DNA of 64,000 nt. Source: Rhodobiaceae bacterium. GTDB lineage: Bacteria > Pseudomonadota > Alphaproteobacteria > Rhizobiales > JAKPQE01. The stretch is taken from positions 3,175-67,174 of the forward strand of contig JANQEG010000074.1 of the NCBI GenBank assembly GCA_028278505.1, in the 5' to 3' direction. Numbering within the stretch: the first letter of the stretch is position 1; each line of letters opens with the position of its first letter. Shown piece after piece: positions 1 through 7,749 of this stretch. Below the pieces are notes generated by a model. The model did not search any database and was not told the origin of the DNA. It worked only from the letters and a program-made list of their open reading frames with translations. A program made the translations under genes and the position numbers.

Positions 1-66
1 GCGCTCGTCATCGCCTGGGTCGCCGATGTGCGGGTGGTTCCCCGCCAGGCTATACGCAAAAGCTGA
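1..66 (+). CDS. 3-prime end of a CDS that runs off the left edge (unknown, hydrophobic tail)
   Basis: Frame 1 is open from base 1 to TGA at 64-66 (ALVIAWVADVRVVPRQAIRKS*). It occupies the same position relative to a CrtC-like gene as the membrane protein at 43660-44352. Confidence 0.25.
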   Translation, partial: ALVIAWVADVRVVPRQAIRKS

Positions 67-134
67 TCTGGTATCGTTATCTTGATCGCCGCAAAGCAAC
101 CTTTTACAAAAATTGAAGCGGGACGATACGAGGG

Positions 135-1379
135 ATGTTCGGTTTCGGGGGGGCAATGGAAGGGGTGATATCGAGCTCGCGACAGTCTCCCGACTTGTCG
201 CCGCATGAAACCTTTCCTGTCGAATGGTGGTTCATTCAGGGCTATTTCGAGGGCAAGCGGCTCGGTCGGCGGAATTTCATGACCGCGCTTTTCCGCGCCG
301 GCAATTCCACCAACGCGAGAACTGCCGATCCGGGGGCGATGCTGCTCGTCTCCACGCTTGACCCGGCGATCGGTCGGCACACATATCACAGCCGGATCTC
401 GCCCGCGATCATCGCCAATTACCGCGACATGGCGCGGCAGTTCGGCAACGCCAGATTCTCGCCGCTGCTGGCAAACACCGTCGTCAACGGCCATCTGAAG
501 GACGCCTTGGCCGATATCGATGCCGGCCGTGTGCAGCTTGACGGGCACGAACCGTCCTTCTCGGCCTATCCCTTTCGGTTTCAGTGGAATGGCTTCTCGT
601 TCCGCCAGCACGATGGCATGGTCGATCTCGACTTTGCCTTGCCGGGCAACGAACCGGCCTGTTCATTCAGATTAAGCCCCCGGACGCCATGGATGAACGA
701 ACAGGACATCAGCCTCAACAATCACGGCCCGGTCGCCTATGTGGTCTGCCCCCGGCTGGAGATTGCCGGAACGGCCGGAGACGAAGAAGTCAGCGGACGA
801 GCCTGGATCGATCATCAATGGGGCGGGTATATCGGCTGGCTGATGGCCGATCATAACGACGACTACCATCCTATCGGCTGGGACTGGTTCGGCGTCAATC
901 TCGATGACGGCACGGATCTGCTGCTCATGGTCTACCGCCATGTCAACACAAACAAAACCATCGCCAACCTTGCCTATATCTTCGAAGAAGACCGCGTCGT
1001 CCGGCCGCAGCAAGGCTTCTCGGTCCGTCCGACCGGCTATTGGCGCAGCCCTCATACCGCACAAAAATACCCCGTCGCCTGGCGGATCGACATTCCGCAA
1101 GCTCAGATTGGGCTCGATTTCACGCCGCGTTCATTGGATCAGGAAATCCCGGTGTTCGGCATGAACGCCATATGGGAAGGCGCGGGCTGTGTGACGGGCA
1201 CGCATAAAGGCAGGCCCGTCACCGGCGAGGCACGTCTTGAATTGCACGGCTATGGCTATGTCCTGACCCTGCGGGACTTTCTCGCCCGTCGCCTCAAACG
1301 CTTTTTCAATCGCCATCGCCCGGCATTTGTGGCGAAAGATCGCTTCTCCCGGACGGTGCAGATATGCGACCGCAATTGA
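135..1379 (+). CDS. CrtC/AttH-like protein (hydroxyneurosporene-synthase-like N-domain plus lipocalin-like C-domain family)
   Basis: ATG at 135, 414 aa. Motifs EWWFIQGYF and IDHQWGGY..W.GWDWFGVNLDDG, and tail IWEGAG..ELHGYGY, are typical of this family. Paralogue of 44349-45522. Confidence 0.7.
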   Translation: MFGFGGAMEGVISSSRQSPDLSPHETFPVEWWFIQGYFEGKRLGRRNFMTALFRAGNSTNARTADPGAMLLVSTLDPAIGRHTYHSRISPAIIANYRDMARQFGNARFSPLLANTVVNGHLKDALADIDAGRVQLDGHEPSFSAYPFRFQWNGFSFRQHDGMVDLDFALPGNEPACSFRLSPRTPWMNEQDISLNNHGPVAYVVCPRLEIAGTAGDEEVSGRAWIDHQWGGYIGWLMADHNDDYHPIGWDWFGVNLDDGTDLLLMVYRHVNTNKTIANLAYIFEEDRVVRPQQGFSVRPTGYWRSPHTAQKYPVAWRIDIPQAQIGLDFTPRSLDQEIPVFGMNAIWEGAGCVTGTHKGRPVTGEARLELHGYGYVLTLRDFLARRLKRFFNRHRPAFVAKDRFSRTVQICDRN

Positions 1380-1382
1380 ACG

Positions 1383-1808
1383 TCATTTGCTCAGGTTGAA
1401 GCGGCCCCAGCCCTTGGTGCTTTGCATGCTGACCGACTGCTGCTGCCCCCTGACGGAAACGGAAACGCTGACGGGAACATGGTTCTTGTCGTCGGTAAAC
1501 CGTCCGGAATAGCGGTTGCGACCACTTCTTCTGACCGTGAAATTCTGATCTCCGGCGCCATGGGTCCGGCTGACGCAGCGAAAACTGACATCATAGGTAT
1601 TCCGGCCCCGTAACCGATAGGTCGCGCGGCATTTGACCCGCTCGGTCTCGCCTGTATTTGCGTTGAGTGTTCCGCTGCCGCGCCACGAGCCCGACAGCTC
1701 CGCGGCCTTGCCGCTTTTTGCCTTGGCAGAATTCGTCATGAATGGCGTTGCGGAAGCGGCAATCATCGCAAGTACAAAAAACAAGAAGTAATTAATACAT
1801 CGGGTCAT
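1383..1808 (-). CDS. small exported hypothetical protein
   Basis: Internal ATG (1808) gives MTRCINYFLFFVLAMIAASA, a signal-peptide-like N-terminus. No recognisable domain; local GC is lower than the surroundings. Confidence 0.45.
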   Translation of the reverse strand: MTRCINYFLFFVLAMIAASATPFMTNSAKAKSGKAAELSGSWRGSGTLNANTGETERVKCRATYRLRGRNTYDVSFRCVSRTHGAGDQNFTVRRSGRNRYSGRFTDDKNHVPVSVSVSVRGQQQSVSMQSTKGWGRFNLSK

Positions 1809-1850
1809 GTGAATTTTGCCCATATTCCAAATCCCTTTTGATAACACCAA

Positions 1851-2066
1851 TTAAATTTTCAGCGTAGTTAAGTTTTGTTTCCCAGGAGTAGCAATTGTTG
1901 GACTTTCCTTAGGTCTTTCAGGGCGGATGCCCATGCAGTCGTCGACGATCAGCATCCGGATCATCGGTTTCGCGTCGATGGAAAACCGACCGCTGGAACT
2001 ATAGAACGGGTCAAAGTGATCACGAATACCCGACAGACCGGCAAAGCGATCGATCGCCCGCAACAT
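1851..2066 (-). pseudogene. IS5/IS1182-type transposase N-terminal (DUF772-like) fragment
   Basis: 71-aa ORF. FAGLSGIRDHFDPFYSSSGRFSIDAKPMIRMLIVDDCMGIRPER matches the conserved 'FYS..GRPSIDPELMIRMLLVGY..GIRSER' block of these transposases. No catalytic domain follows. Confidence 0.55.
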
Positions 2067-2207
2067 ATGAGCGGTCTGTCCCTCGAATCAACGAGGAAAC
2101 CGAACCAGCCCCGTGTGAATCCCCCGATTCAGAAAAACCCTGACCCCTATATAGCTCGCGTAGTATTTCCCTTCGACGTTAACGGCCCGAAAACGTAACC
2201 GATTGAT

Positions 2208-2460
2208 CACACTACACGACACAGCAGCGTATTTCCGTCCAGCCGGGTTTGTCCTGCTTTAAGCGTCTTGGATGGTTTCGATCCCTCCTCGGTCGTCATT
2301 GCCCGCTTCATGCGGGCAATCCAATGGCCTATCGGCGCTCGGAAGCGCTTGAGTTCTTTCACCACTGCGTTGGCAGGTTGACGGGCCAATGGACCACAAG
2401 GACAAGCCGGGTGGAGACGAGGGAGAGGTCGCGGTGATGATGTTTGTGTCGTGTAGTGTG
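2208..2460. mobile_element. MITE-like element, family A, complete copy (253 bp)
   Basis: Perfect 16-bp terminal inverted repeats: cacactacacgacaca (2208-2223) and tgtgtcgtgtagtgtg (2445-2460). The interior is about 80 percent identical, in inverse orientation, to 60541-60804. No ORF of coding quality. Confidence 0.8.
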
Positions 2461-2671
2461 GTTCGAACCCGGAGGGTTCGAAAGGGCGAACGGCGGTCGC
2501 GCGGGCCGCAAGTCGGATGTTTCCGACTTGCTCATTCTTGACCGGCGGCGCGGGAACACCCGCGCCGGGGGCGCCCCCGCGGAGACGATGAGCGAAGCGA
2601 ACTCGGCGTGAGACGGAAAAAGGTCCAACCCGCATATGAGTTGGCCCGCTTTCGTTCCGCGCTTTCACTTC

Positions 2672-2783
2672 GTTACAGCGCAGTCACGACAGCGCGGCAT
2701 CCGTTTCACACGCTACACCGCTAATCGCGCTGTAGCTAAATTTTGCTGAAAGCAAAATCAGCGAAAGCGGATGGTGGGCGCGA
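2672..2783 (-). repeat. tRNA-trailer structured repeat, copy a (ends in 12 nt identical to the tRNA-Val 3-prime end)
   Basis: Same architecture as 2860-2959 and 35172-35271: long stem ...acagcgcg/cgcgctgtagc plus hairpin aattttgc-tgaa-gcaaaat. It ends gcggatggtgggcgcga. Confidence 0.7.
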
Positions 2784-2860
2784 GTGAACGCATTTCGAAC
2801 TGTTCCTGAAATGGGGGTGTTGATTTCGAACCTGTCTCTAGCCCGCTTGCGCCCTTCGGG
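2772..2860 (-). pseudogene. decayed tRNA-like remnant
   Basis: The minus strand reads gggcgca...(two gttcgaaat T-loop-like motifs)...cgcgcccacca. It keeps the acceptor ends of tRNA-Val, but no cloverleaf can be folded by eye. Confidence 0.3.
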
Positions 2861-2959
2861 CTACAGCGCGGCATCCGTTTCGCACGCTACATCACGCTTG
2901 GGTTTCACCCAATCGCGCTGTAGCTGAATTTTGCCGAAGGCAAAATTAGCGAAAGCGGA
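2860..2959 (-). repeat. tRNA-trailer structured repeat, copy b (abuts the CCA end of tRNA-Val)
   Basis: About 95 percent identical by eye to 35172-35271. Stem gctacagcgcg (2860-2870) pairs with cgcgctgtagc. Second hairpin aattttgcc-gaa-ggcaaaatt. Confidence 0.8.
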
Positions 2960-3034
2960 TGGTGGGCGCGACTGGGATTGAACCAGTGACCCCTACGATG
3001 TCAACGTAGTGCTCTCCCGCTGAGCTACGCGCCC
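2960..3034 (-). tRNA. tRNA-Val (anticodon GAC)
   Basis: Minus strand gggcgcgtagctcagcgggagagcactacgttgacatcgtaggggtcactggttcaatcccagtcgcgcccacca. Hand-folded cloverleaf with anticodon loop ttGACat and an encoded CCA. Confidence 0.95.
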
Positions 3035-3070
3035 TTCAAGGGCCGCCGCGCGGCCCGCAAAGTAGGAGGC

Positions 3071-3099
3071 ATATAGCGGGGTTTTGGCGGCGGTGCAAG
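3071..3099 (-). promoter_or_regulatory. sigma70-type promoter for tRNA-Val
   Basis: Minus strand CTTGCA-N17-CTATAT, about 35 nt upstream of the tRNA 5-prime end. It matches the alphaproteobacterial CTTGAC-N17-CTATAT consensus. Confidence 0.5.
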
Positions 3100-3220
3100 G
3101 GGCGCGGGGACGGCCGAAATGGGCCCGGCACAGCGACACGGGCGTCGGTGCGACCATGGCCGCATCGTACGATTTTCTCATGTTTATGGGAGGTTGGGCC
3201 GGCCCTTGAGCGGCCGCCGG

Positions 3221-3580
3221 TCACGCCGCAAGCAGCTTTTCCACCTCGTCGACGAGGTCGCGCAGATGGAACGGCTTGGAGAGGATCTTGGCTTCCTTAG
3301 GCGCCTTTGAATCCGGATTGAGGGCGACGGCGGCAAAGCCGGTGATGAACATGACCTTGAGGTCGGGATCGAGTTCGGTCGCGCGCCGCGCCAGCTCGAT
3401 GCCGTCCATTTCCGGCATGACGATGTCGGTCAGGAGCAGCGTGAACGGTTCCTCGCGCAGCCGCTCATAGGCACTCCGCCCGTTGTCGAACGAAATCACG
3501 TCATATCCCGCATTGGTGAGTGCCTTGGCGAGAAATCGACGCATGTCGTTGTCGTCTTCGGCGAGCAGAATTCGCGACAT
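3221..3580 (-). CDS. cpdR: single-domain response regulator CpdR
   Basis: MSRILLAEDDNDMRRFL...LLLTDIVMPEMDGIELARRATELDPDLKVMFITGFAAVALNPDSKAPKEAKILSKPFHLRDLV is near-canonical CpdR sequence. Start moved to the internal ATG at 3580. Confidence 0.85.
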   Translation of the reverse strand: MSRILLAEDDNDMRRFLAKALTNAGYDVISFDNGRSAYERLREEPFTLLLTDIVMPEMDGIELARRATELDPDLKVMFITGFAAVALNPDSKAPKEAKILSKPFHLRDLVDEVEKLLAA

Positions 3581-3806
3581 TATCCCTACCATTCCGAACC
3601 CACGATCAGATTGCCCTATCAGTGTCATAGACCGCGGTTCTGGTAAAGATCACGTGAACTTCAGGGTAAATTGACGGCCGGTTCCGCGCCGCTATGTCAC
3701 CCGCAAGGCGGATGGACGCGGCTGGCGATCTTTGGCAACATCCGGATTCGATCAGCCAGGTTCCGCCTGCCGCCGAAAGACGCCGATCGCGCACGTAAAC
3801 CCGACC

Positions 3807-4697
3807 ATGGATGCAGAAGCCGAATTTCCTCTCGATCAGTCCTTTGCCATCGAAGCACCGGACGTGCAGACGATTCCGTTCGTTTTCAACAGCCCCCATA
3901 GCGGCCGCACCTACCCGCGCGCCTTCATCGAGGCGTCGCGGCTCGATCCGATGTCGATCCGCCGCTCCGAGGACGCCTTCGTCGACGAGCTGTTCGCCGG
4001 GGTGCGGGACCGCGGCGCGCCGCTCCTGCACGCGCTTTTTCCGCGCGCCTTTCTCGATCTCAACCGCGAGCCCTACGAGCTCGATCCAAAACTCTTCTCC
4101 GGCCGGCTACCGCAATTCGCCAACAGCAGTTCGGCCCGGGTCGCCGGCGGGCTCGGGACGATCGCCCGGGTGGTCGCCGAATCCCAGGAGATCTATTCCG
4201 GCCGGATATCGATCGAAGACGCCCTGTCGCGCATCCGCCGCCACTACCGTCCCTATCACGACGCGCTGCGCCGGCTGCTGGCGAAAACCCACGTCGCCTT
4301 CGGCTGCGCGGCGCTGATCGATTGCCATTCGATGCCGACGACGATCCGCGTCATATCGGGCCGGACCCGGGCCGATATCGTGCTCGGCGACCGGTTCGGC
4401 AACGCCTGCGCGCCGATCATCATGGAAACCGCCGACCGCGCGCTGTCGGCGCTCGGCTACAAGGTGGCGCGCAACAAGCCCTATGCCGGCGGCTTCATCA
4501 CCGAGCATTACGGCCGGCCGGAGCGCGGCCTGCACGCGCTGCAGATCGAGATCAATCGCGGGCTCTATCTCGACGAAATCCGCTTCGTCAAGCGGCCGAG
4601 CTTCGACACGCTCGCCCGCGATCTCGGCTTCATGGTCGACGCGCTGGCGACAATTCCGCCGCAAGACCTGCTGCCGACCCGCGCCGCCGCCGAATAG
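3807..4697 (+). CDS. N-formylglutamate amidohydrolase family protein
   Basis: FVFNSPHSGRTYP, DLNREP and IDCHSMP motifs of the FGase family. Start taken at ATG 3807 because the ORF-track start at 3732 is TTG. Confidence 0.75.
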   Translation: MDAEAEFPLDQSFAIEAPDVQTIPFVFNSPHSGRTYPRAFIEASRLDPMSIRRSEDAFVDELFAGVRDRGAPLLHALFPRAFLDLNREPYELDPKLFSGRLPQFANSSSARVAGGLGTIARVVAESQEIYSGRISIEDALSRIRRHYRPYHDALRRLLAKTHVAFGCAALIDCHSMPTTIRVISGRTRADIVLGDRFGNACAPIIMETADRALSALGYKVARNKPYAGGFITEHYGRPERGLHALQIEINRGLYLDEIRFVKRPSFDTLARDLGFMVDALATIPPQDLLPTRAAAE

Positions 4698-4751
4698 TCG
4701 AGTGCGAAGAAAAGTCCTCCGCTGCGCCTGAGTGTACTTTCTTCACGGCCC

Positions 4752-4900
4752 TGAAAAGAAAAGGGGCCGCACTCGCGAGCGAGGCGGCCCAAGTCTAGGG
4801 AGGAAACGCCCAAGGAGGGCAGCGATATGACGGAACCGCCATATCGCACCGCAATAAGATGGCATCGGGTACCCCCCTGGTCAACCCCCAACGTCTTCGC
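4752..4900 (-). ncRNA. candidate trans-acting sRNA with two CCUCC anti-Shine-Dalgarno motifs
   Basis: Minus strand has TTGCCC-N17-GGTATA (4935-4907). A perfect 8-bp hairpin gcgatatg/catatcgc follows. A single-stranded gCCCUCCUUgggcguuuCCUCCCuag stretch comes next. It ends in terminator gggccgc-N13-gcggccc plus CTTTTCTTTTC (4790-4752). Confidence 0.35.
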
Positions 4901-5008
4901 TTTTCGTATACCCGCCATGCGCAGATTGCGGGCAAACCCCTGAATATTATGCGACATTGCGCCACATAGATCGTTTTTCACGATTTTTTGCATTGCAGCA
5001 ATAGTGCG

Positions 5009-6328
5009 TCAACGCGGTCGACCGGCCGTATCGAAATGGCGCGCTGACGGATCGCCCGCCCGCAGATAATTGATCAGCGCCACCGCCAGATAGAGCGCCA
5101 GGACGGCGAAAATCGCCTTGTAGGCCGTCTCCGGCAGGGCGATGCCGACTGAATCAGCGGATGCGAACCGGCCGGCGACCAGCCCGGTCAGGGCCTGGCC
5201 GACAAAGACGCCGCCCATCGTGCCGACATTCATCATGGTGATGCCGCGGCCGACATAGCGCTCATCGAACAAGCCGCGGCCATGGGCGACCAGCACCGGC
5301 GAGGCGGCAATCAGGAAGCCGAACAGCGGAAACCACAAGGTCAGCGCCCATAAGGGCAGCTTGCCGGCGATCGCCACCACCACAAGCAGGGCGATCGAGA
5401 CCGCCGCGCTCACCACCACCGGCATCTTTCGCGAACCGAACAGCCGGTCGCTCGGCCCCCACACGAAGAGACCGGCGATCTGGCCGGCGGCGAGCAGAAA
5501 CAGGAACTGGCCGCGGCCGGTCAGGTCGATGCCGTAAACGTCGGTGAGGTAAGGCCCGCCCCACAGGCCGAGCACGGTGGCAAAGCACGAATAGAGCGCC
5601 AAATGCATGCCGAACACCGGCCAGAAGAAGCGGGTCCGCGCCACCCGGACGAGGCCGATCATGCCGGCGAGGAAGCTCTCCTGCGCGCGTTCCGCGACGC
5701 GCGCGCCCGGCGGCCGGTCGCGCACGAACAGGATCACCAGCACGCCGGCAATAACGGTGAGCGCGCCGAAGGCGAGGAAGGCGGCGCGCCAGCCGAGCGT
5801 TCCCGCCGCGTAGGCGAGCGGGCCGGTGGCGAGCAGCGTGCCGAAACTGCCGAAACCGAGCTGGATCCCGGTCAGCGTGGAAAACCGCTCCGGCGCGAAC
5901 CAGTGGCTGAACAGCATCAGCGGCGCCATGAAGAAGCTGGAGCAGCCGAGCCCCATCAGCACCCGCGCCAGCACCAGCTCGGTGAAGCCGCCGGCCCAGG
6001 CGAAGACCAGGCAGCCGGCGACCGCCAGCCCGATCGAGGCGAGCATGCAGGCTTTCGGCCCCCACCGGTCGAGCGCGACGCCGAGCGGAAACTGGGCGGC
6101 GGCGAAGACGAAAAAGAAGATGCCCGACAGCAGGCTCAGGCTTTCCGGATCGAGCGCCAGTTCCGCCGCAAGGTCGGGGGCGATCACGCCGATCGAATTG
6201 CGCAGGAACTGGCTCACCACATAGGTCAGGCACACCGCGCCGATCAGCAAAATGACCGCGAACGGCCAGCCGCTGACATGAGCCGCGCCCTCAGCCGGCG
6301 TCGCGCGCGTGTCGTCGTTGCGGTTCAT
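5009..6328 (-). CDS. MFS transporter
   Basis: 439 aa, about 12 hydrophobic segments, with the MFS loop motif GVALDRWGPK. Confidence 0.8.
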   Translation of the reverse strand: MNRNDDTRATPAEGAAHVSGWPFAVILLIGAVCLTYVVSQFLRNSIGVIAPDLAAELALDPESLSLLSGIFFFVFAAAQFPLGVALDRWGPKACMLASIGLAVAGCLVFAWAGGFTELVLARVLMGLGCSSFFMAPLMLFSHWFAPERFSTLTGIQLGFGSFGTLLATGPLAYAAGTLGWRAAFLAFGALTVIAGVLVILFVRDRPPGARVAERAQESFLAGMIGLVRVARTRFFWPVFGMHLALYSCFATVLGLWGGPYLTDVYGIDLTGRGQFLFLLAAGQIAGLFVWGPSDRLFGSRKMPVVVSAAVSIALLVVVAIAGKLPLWALTLWFPLFGFLIAASPVLVAHGRGLFDERYVGRGITMMNVGTMGGVFVGQALTGLVAGRFASADSVGIALPETAYKAIFAVLALYLAVALINYLRAGDPSARHFDTAGRPR

Positions 6329-6450
6329 CAGGAGTCCTCGCGGCCCGGCGCCGGGGCCGGTATCGGTAAAACATCGCGCTTACCCGATTACGGTATTGGC
6401 GCGGCAAAGGCTACGGTCTATTGCTGCGGTCTGCGCCACGAGGAGCGACC

Positions 6451-7245
6451 ATGCCGAATTCCGCCGCCCACGACTATCACGCCTTCTTCGATCGCCTGGC
6501 CGATGCCGCAGCCGAAGCGATCCTGCCGCATTTCCGCGAGACCATCGATGTCGAGAACAAGAAAAGCGGCGGCTTCGACCCGGTCACGGCAGCCGACCGG
6601 GAAAGCGAGGCGGCGATGCGCGCCCTGATCAACGCGACCTTCCCCGATCACGGCATCGTCGGCGAGGAATATGGCAGCGAGAACGAGACCGCCGACCACG
6701 TCTGGGTGCTCGATCCGATCGACGGCACCCGCTCGTTCATTTCCGGACTGCCGGTCTGGGGCGTGCTGATCGGTCTCCTCGTCGAGGGCCGGCCGCGCTA
6801 CGGCATGATGAGCCAGCCCTTCACCGGCGAACGGTTCTTCGGCGACGGCCGACAAAGCCGCTATCAGGACCGCGACGGCGCGCGCCTGATCCGCACCCGC
6901 CCCTGTGGGAGCGTCGCCGAGGCCTCGCTCTTCACCACCTCGCCCGACATGTTCGAGGCGAGCGATCTCGCCCTTTTCGAACGGCTGTCGGCGCGAACGC
7001 GGCTGCGCCGGTTCGGCATGGACTGTTACGCCTATTGTATGCTCGCTGCGGGATTCATCGATATCGTCGCCGAGACCGGGCTGAGCAGTTTCGACATCCT
7101 GCCGCTGGTCCCGATCGTCGAAAGCGCCGGCGGCCGCATCGTCTCCTGGACCGGCGACGACGATCTCGCTTCCGGCCGCGTTGTGGCGCTCGGCGACCCG
7201 GCGCTTCACGACGACGTGGTCGCGATCCTGTCGGGCCGGGGTTGA
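6451..7245 (+). CDS. inositol monophosphatase family protein (HisN-like histidinol-phosphatase candidate)
   Basis: WVLDPIDGTRSFISGLPVWG and EE..G motifs of the IMPase family. ATG 6451 is preceded by aggagcg. Confidence 0.75.
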   Translation: MPNSAAHDYHAFFDRLADAAAEAILPHFRETIDVENKKSGGFDPVTAADRESEAAMRALINATFPDHGIVGEEYGSENETADHVWVLDPIDGTRSFISGLPVWGVLIGLLVEGRPRYGMMSQPFTGERFFGDGRQSRYQDRDGARLIRTRPCGSVAEASLFTTSPDMFEASDLALFERLSARTRLRRFGMDCYAYCMLAAGFIDIVAETGLSSFDILPLVPIVESAGGRIVSWTGDDDLASGRVVALGDPALHDDVVAILSGRG

Positions 7246-7261
7246 GCTGGCCTCTTCCCTT

Positions 7262-7700
7262 CTTTTCGTCATTGCGCTTGAAGCAATTGCTGTTCGGTTA
7301 GAGCGGCTTCTGGGATGGCTCGACTTCCCCTCCATCGTCATTGCCAGCTTTGTGCGGGCAATCCAATGGCCGTATCGAATGCGCCGGATTGCCCATTTGC
7401 CTACCGACACGCACCTTCCCCGCGTGAAGCGGGGAACCATTGGCATGGGCGACAAGCTTCTGGTTCAATTGATGAATTCGAGACATCGCCGGATCGCTAC
7501 CGACAAACCGTGTTGAGCGGGGCAATAGGTTCCCGCTTCCGCGGGAACGGTGGGTGGTGTGGGCGTTTGCGTGAACGCCACCGCCCCACCACCGGCGTCA
7601 TTGCCGGGCTTGTCCCGGCAATCCAAACTGACTTTGTTTTCAACCGGCTAGGTCCTATGGATCACCGGGACAAGCCCGGTGATGACAGGGGAGAACAGCG
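7262..7700. repeat. intergenic mosaic repeat cluster
   Basis: Shares modules with other loci. ccttccccgcg-tgaa-gcggggaacc also occurs at 28334 and 43190. accgtgttgagcgggg...ggtgggtg (7507-7565) also occurs at 28217-28315 and 46366-46422. A 28-bp imperfect inverted repeat lies at 7597-7624 / 7659-7686. Confidence 0.75.
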
Positions 7701-7749
7701 GCGAAACGGAGCGCAAGAGCGTCGACCGGACGGTAGGGGAACAAGCCCG

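Noticed and set aside
2672-3034. Duplicated tRNA-Val 3-prime end as attL/attR of an integrated element
   Set aside because: Only about 90 bp of tRNA-like debris lies between the two 12-nt repeats, and the duplication also includes the ~100-nt trailer. A tandem duplication fits better than an integration event. The lower-GC patch to the left is reported separately.
4565-4993. 142-aa minus-strand ORF in the FGase-MFS gap
   Set aside because: It runs through a terminator hairpin and into the convergent FGase gene. It has poor codon character and no motifs. The region is better explained as non-coding (candidate sRNA or 3-prime UTR).
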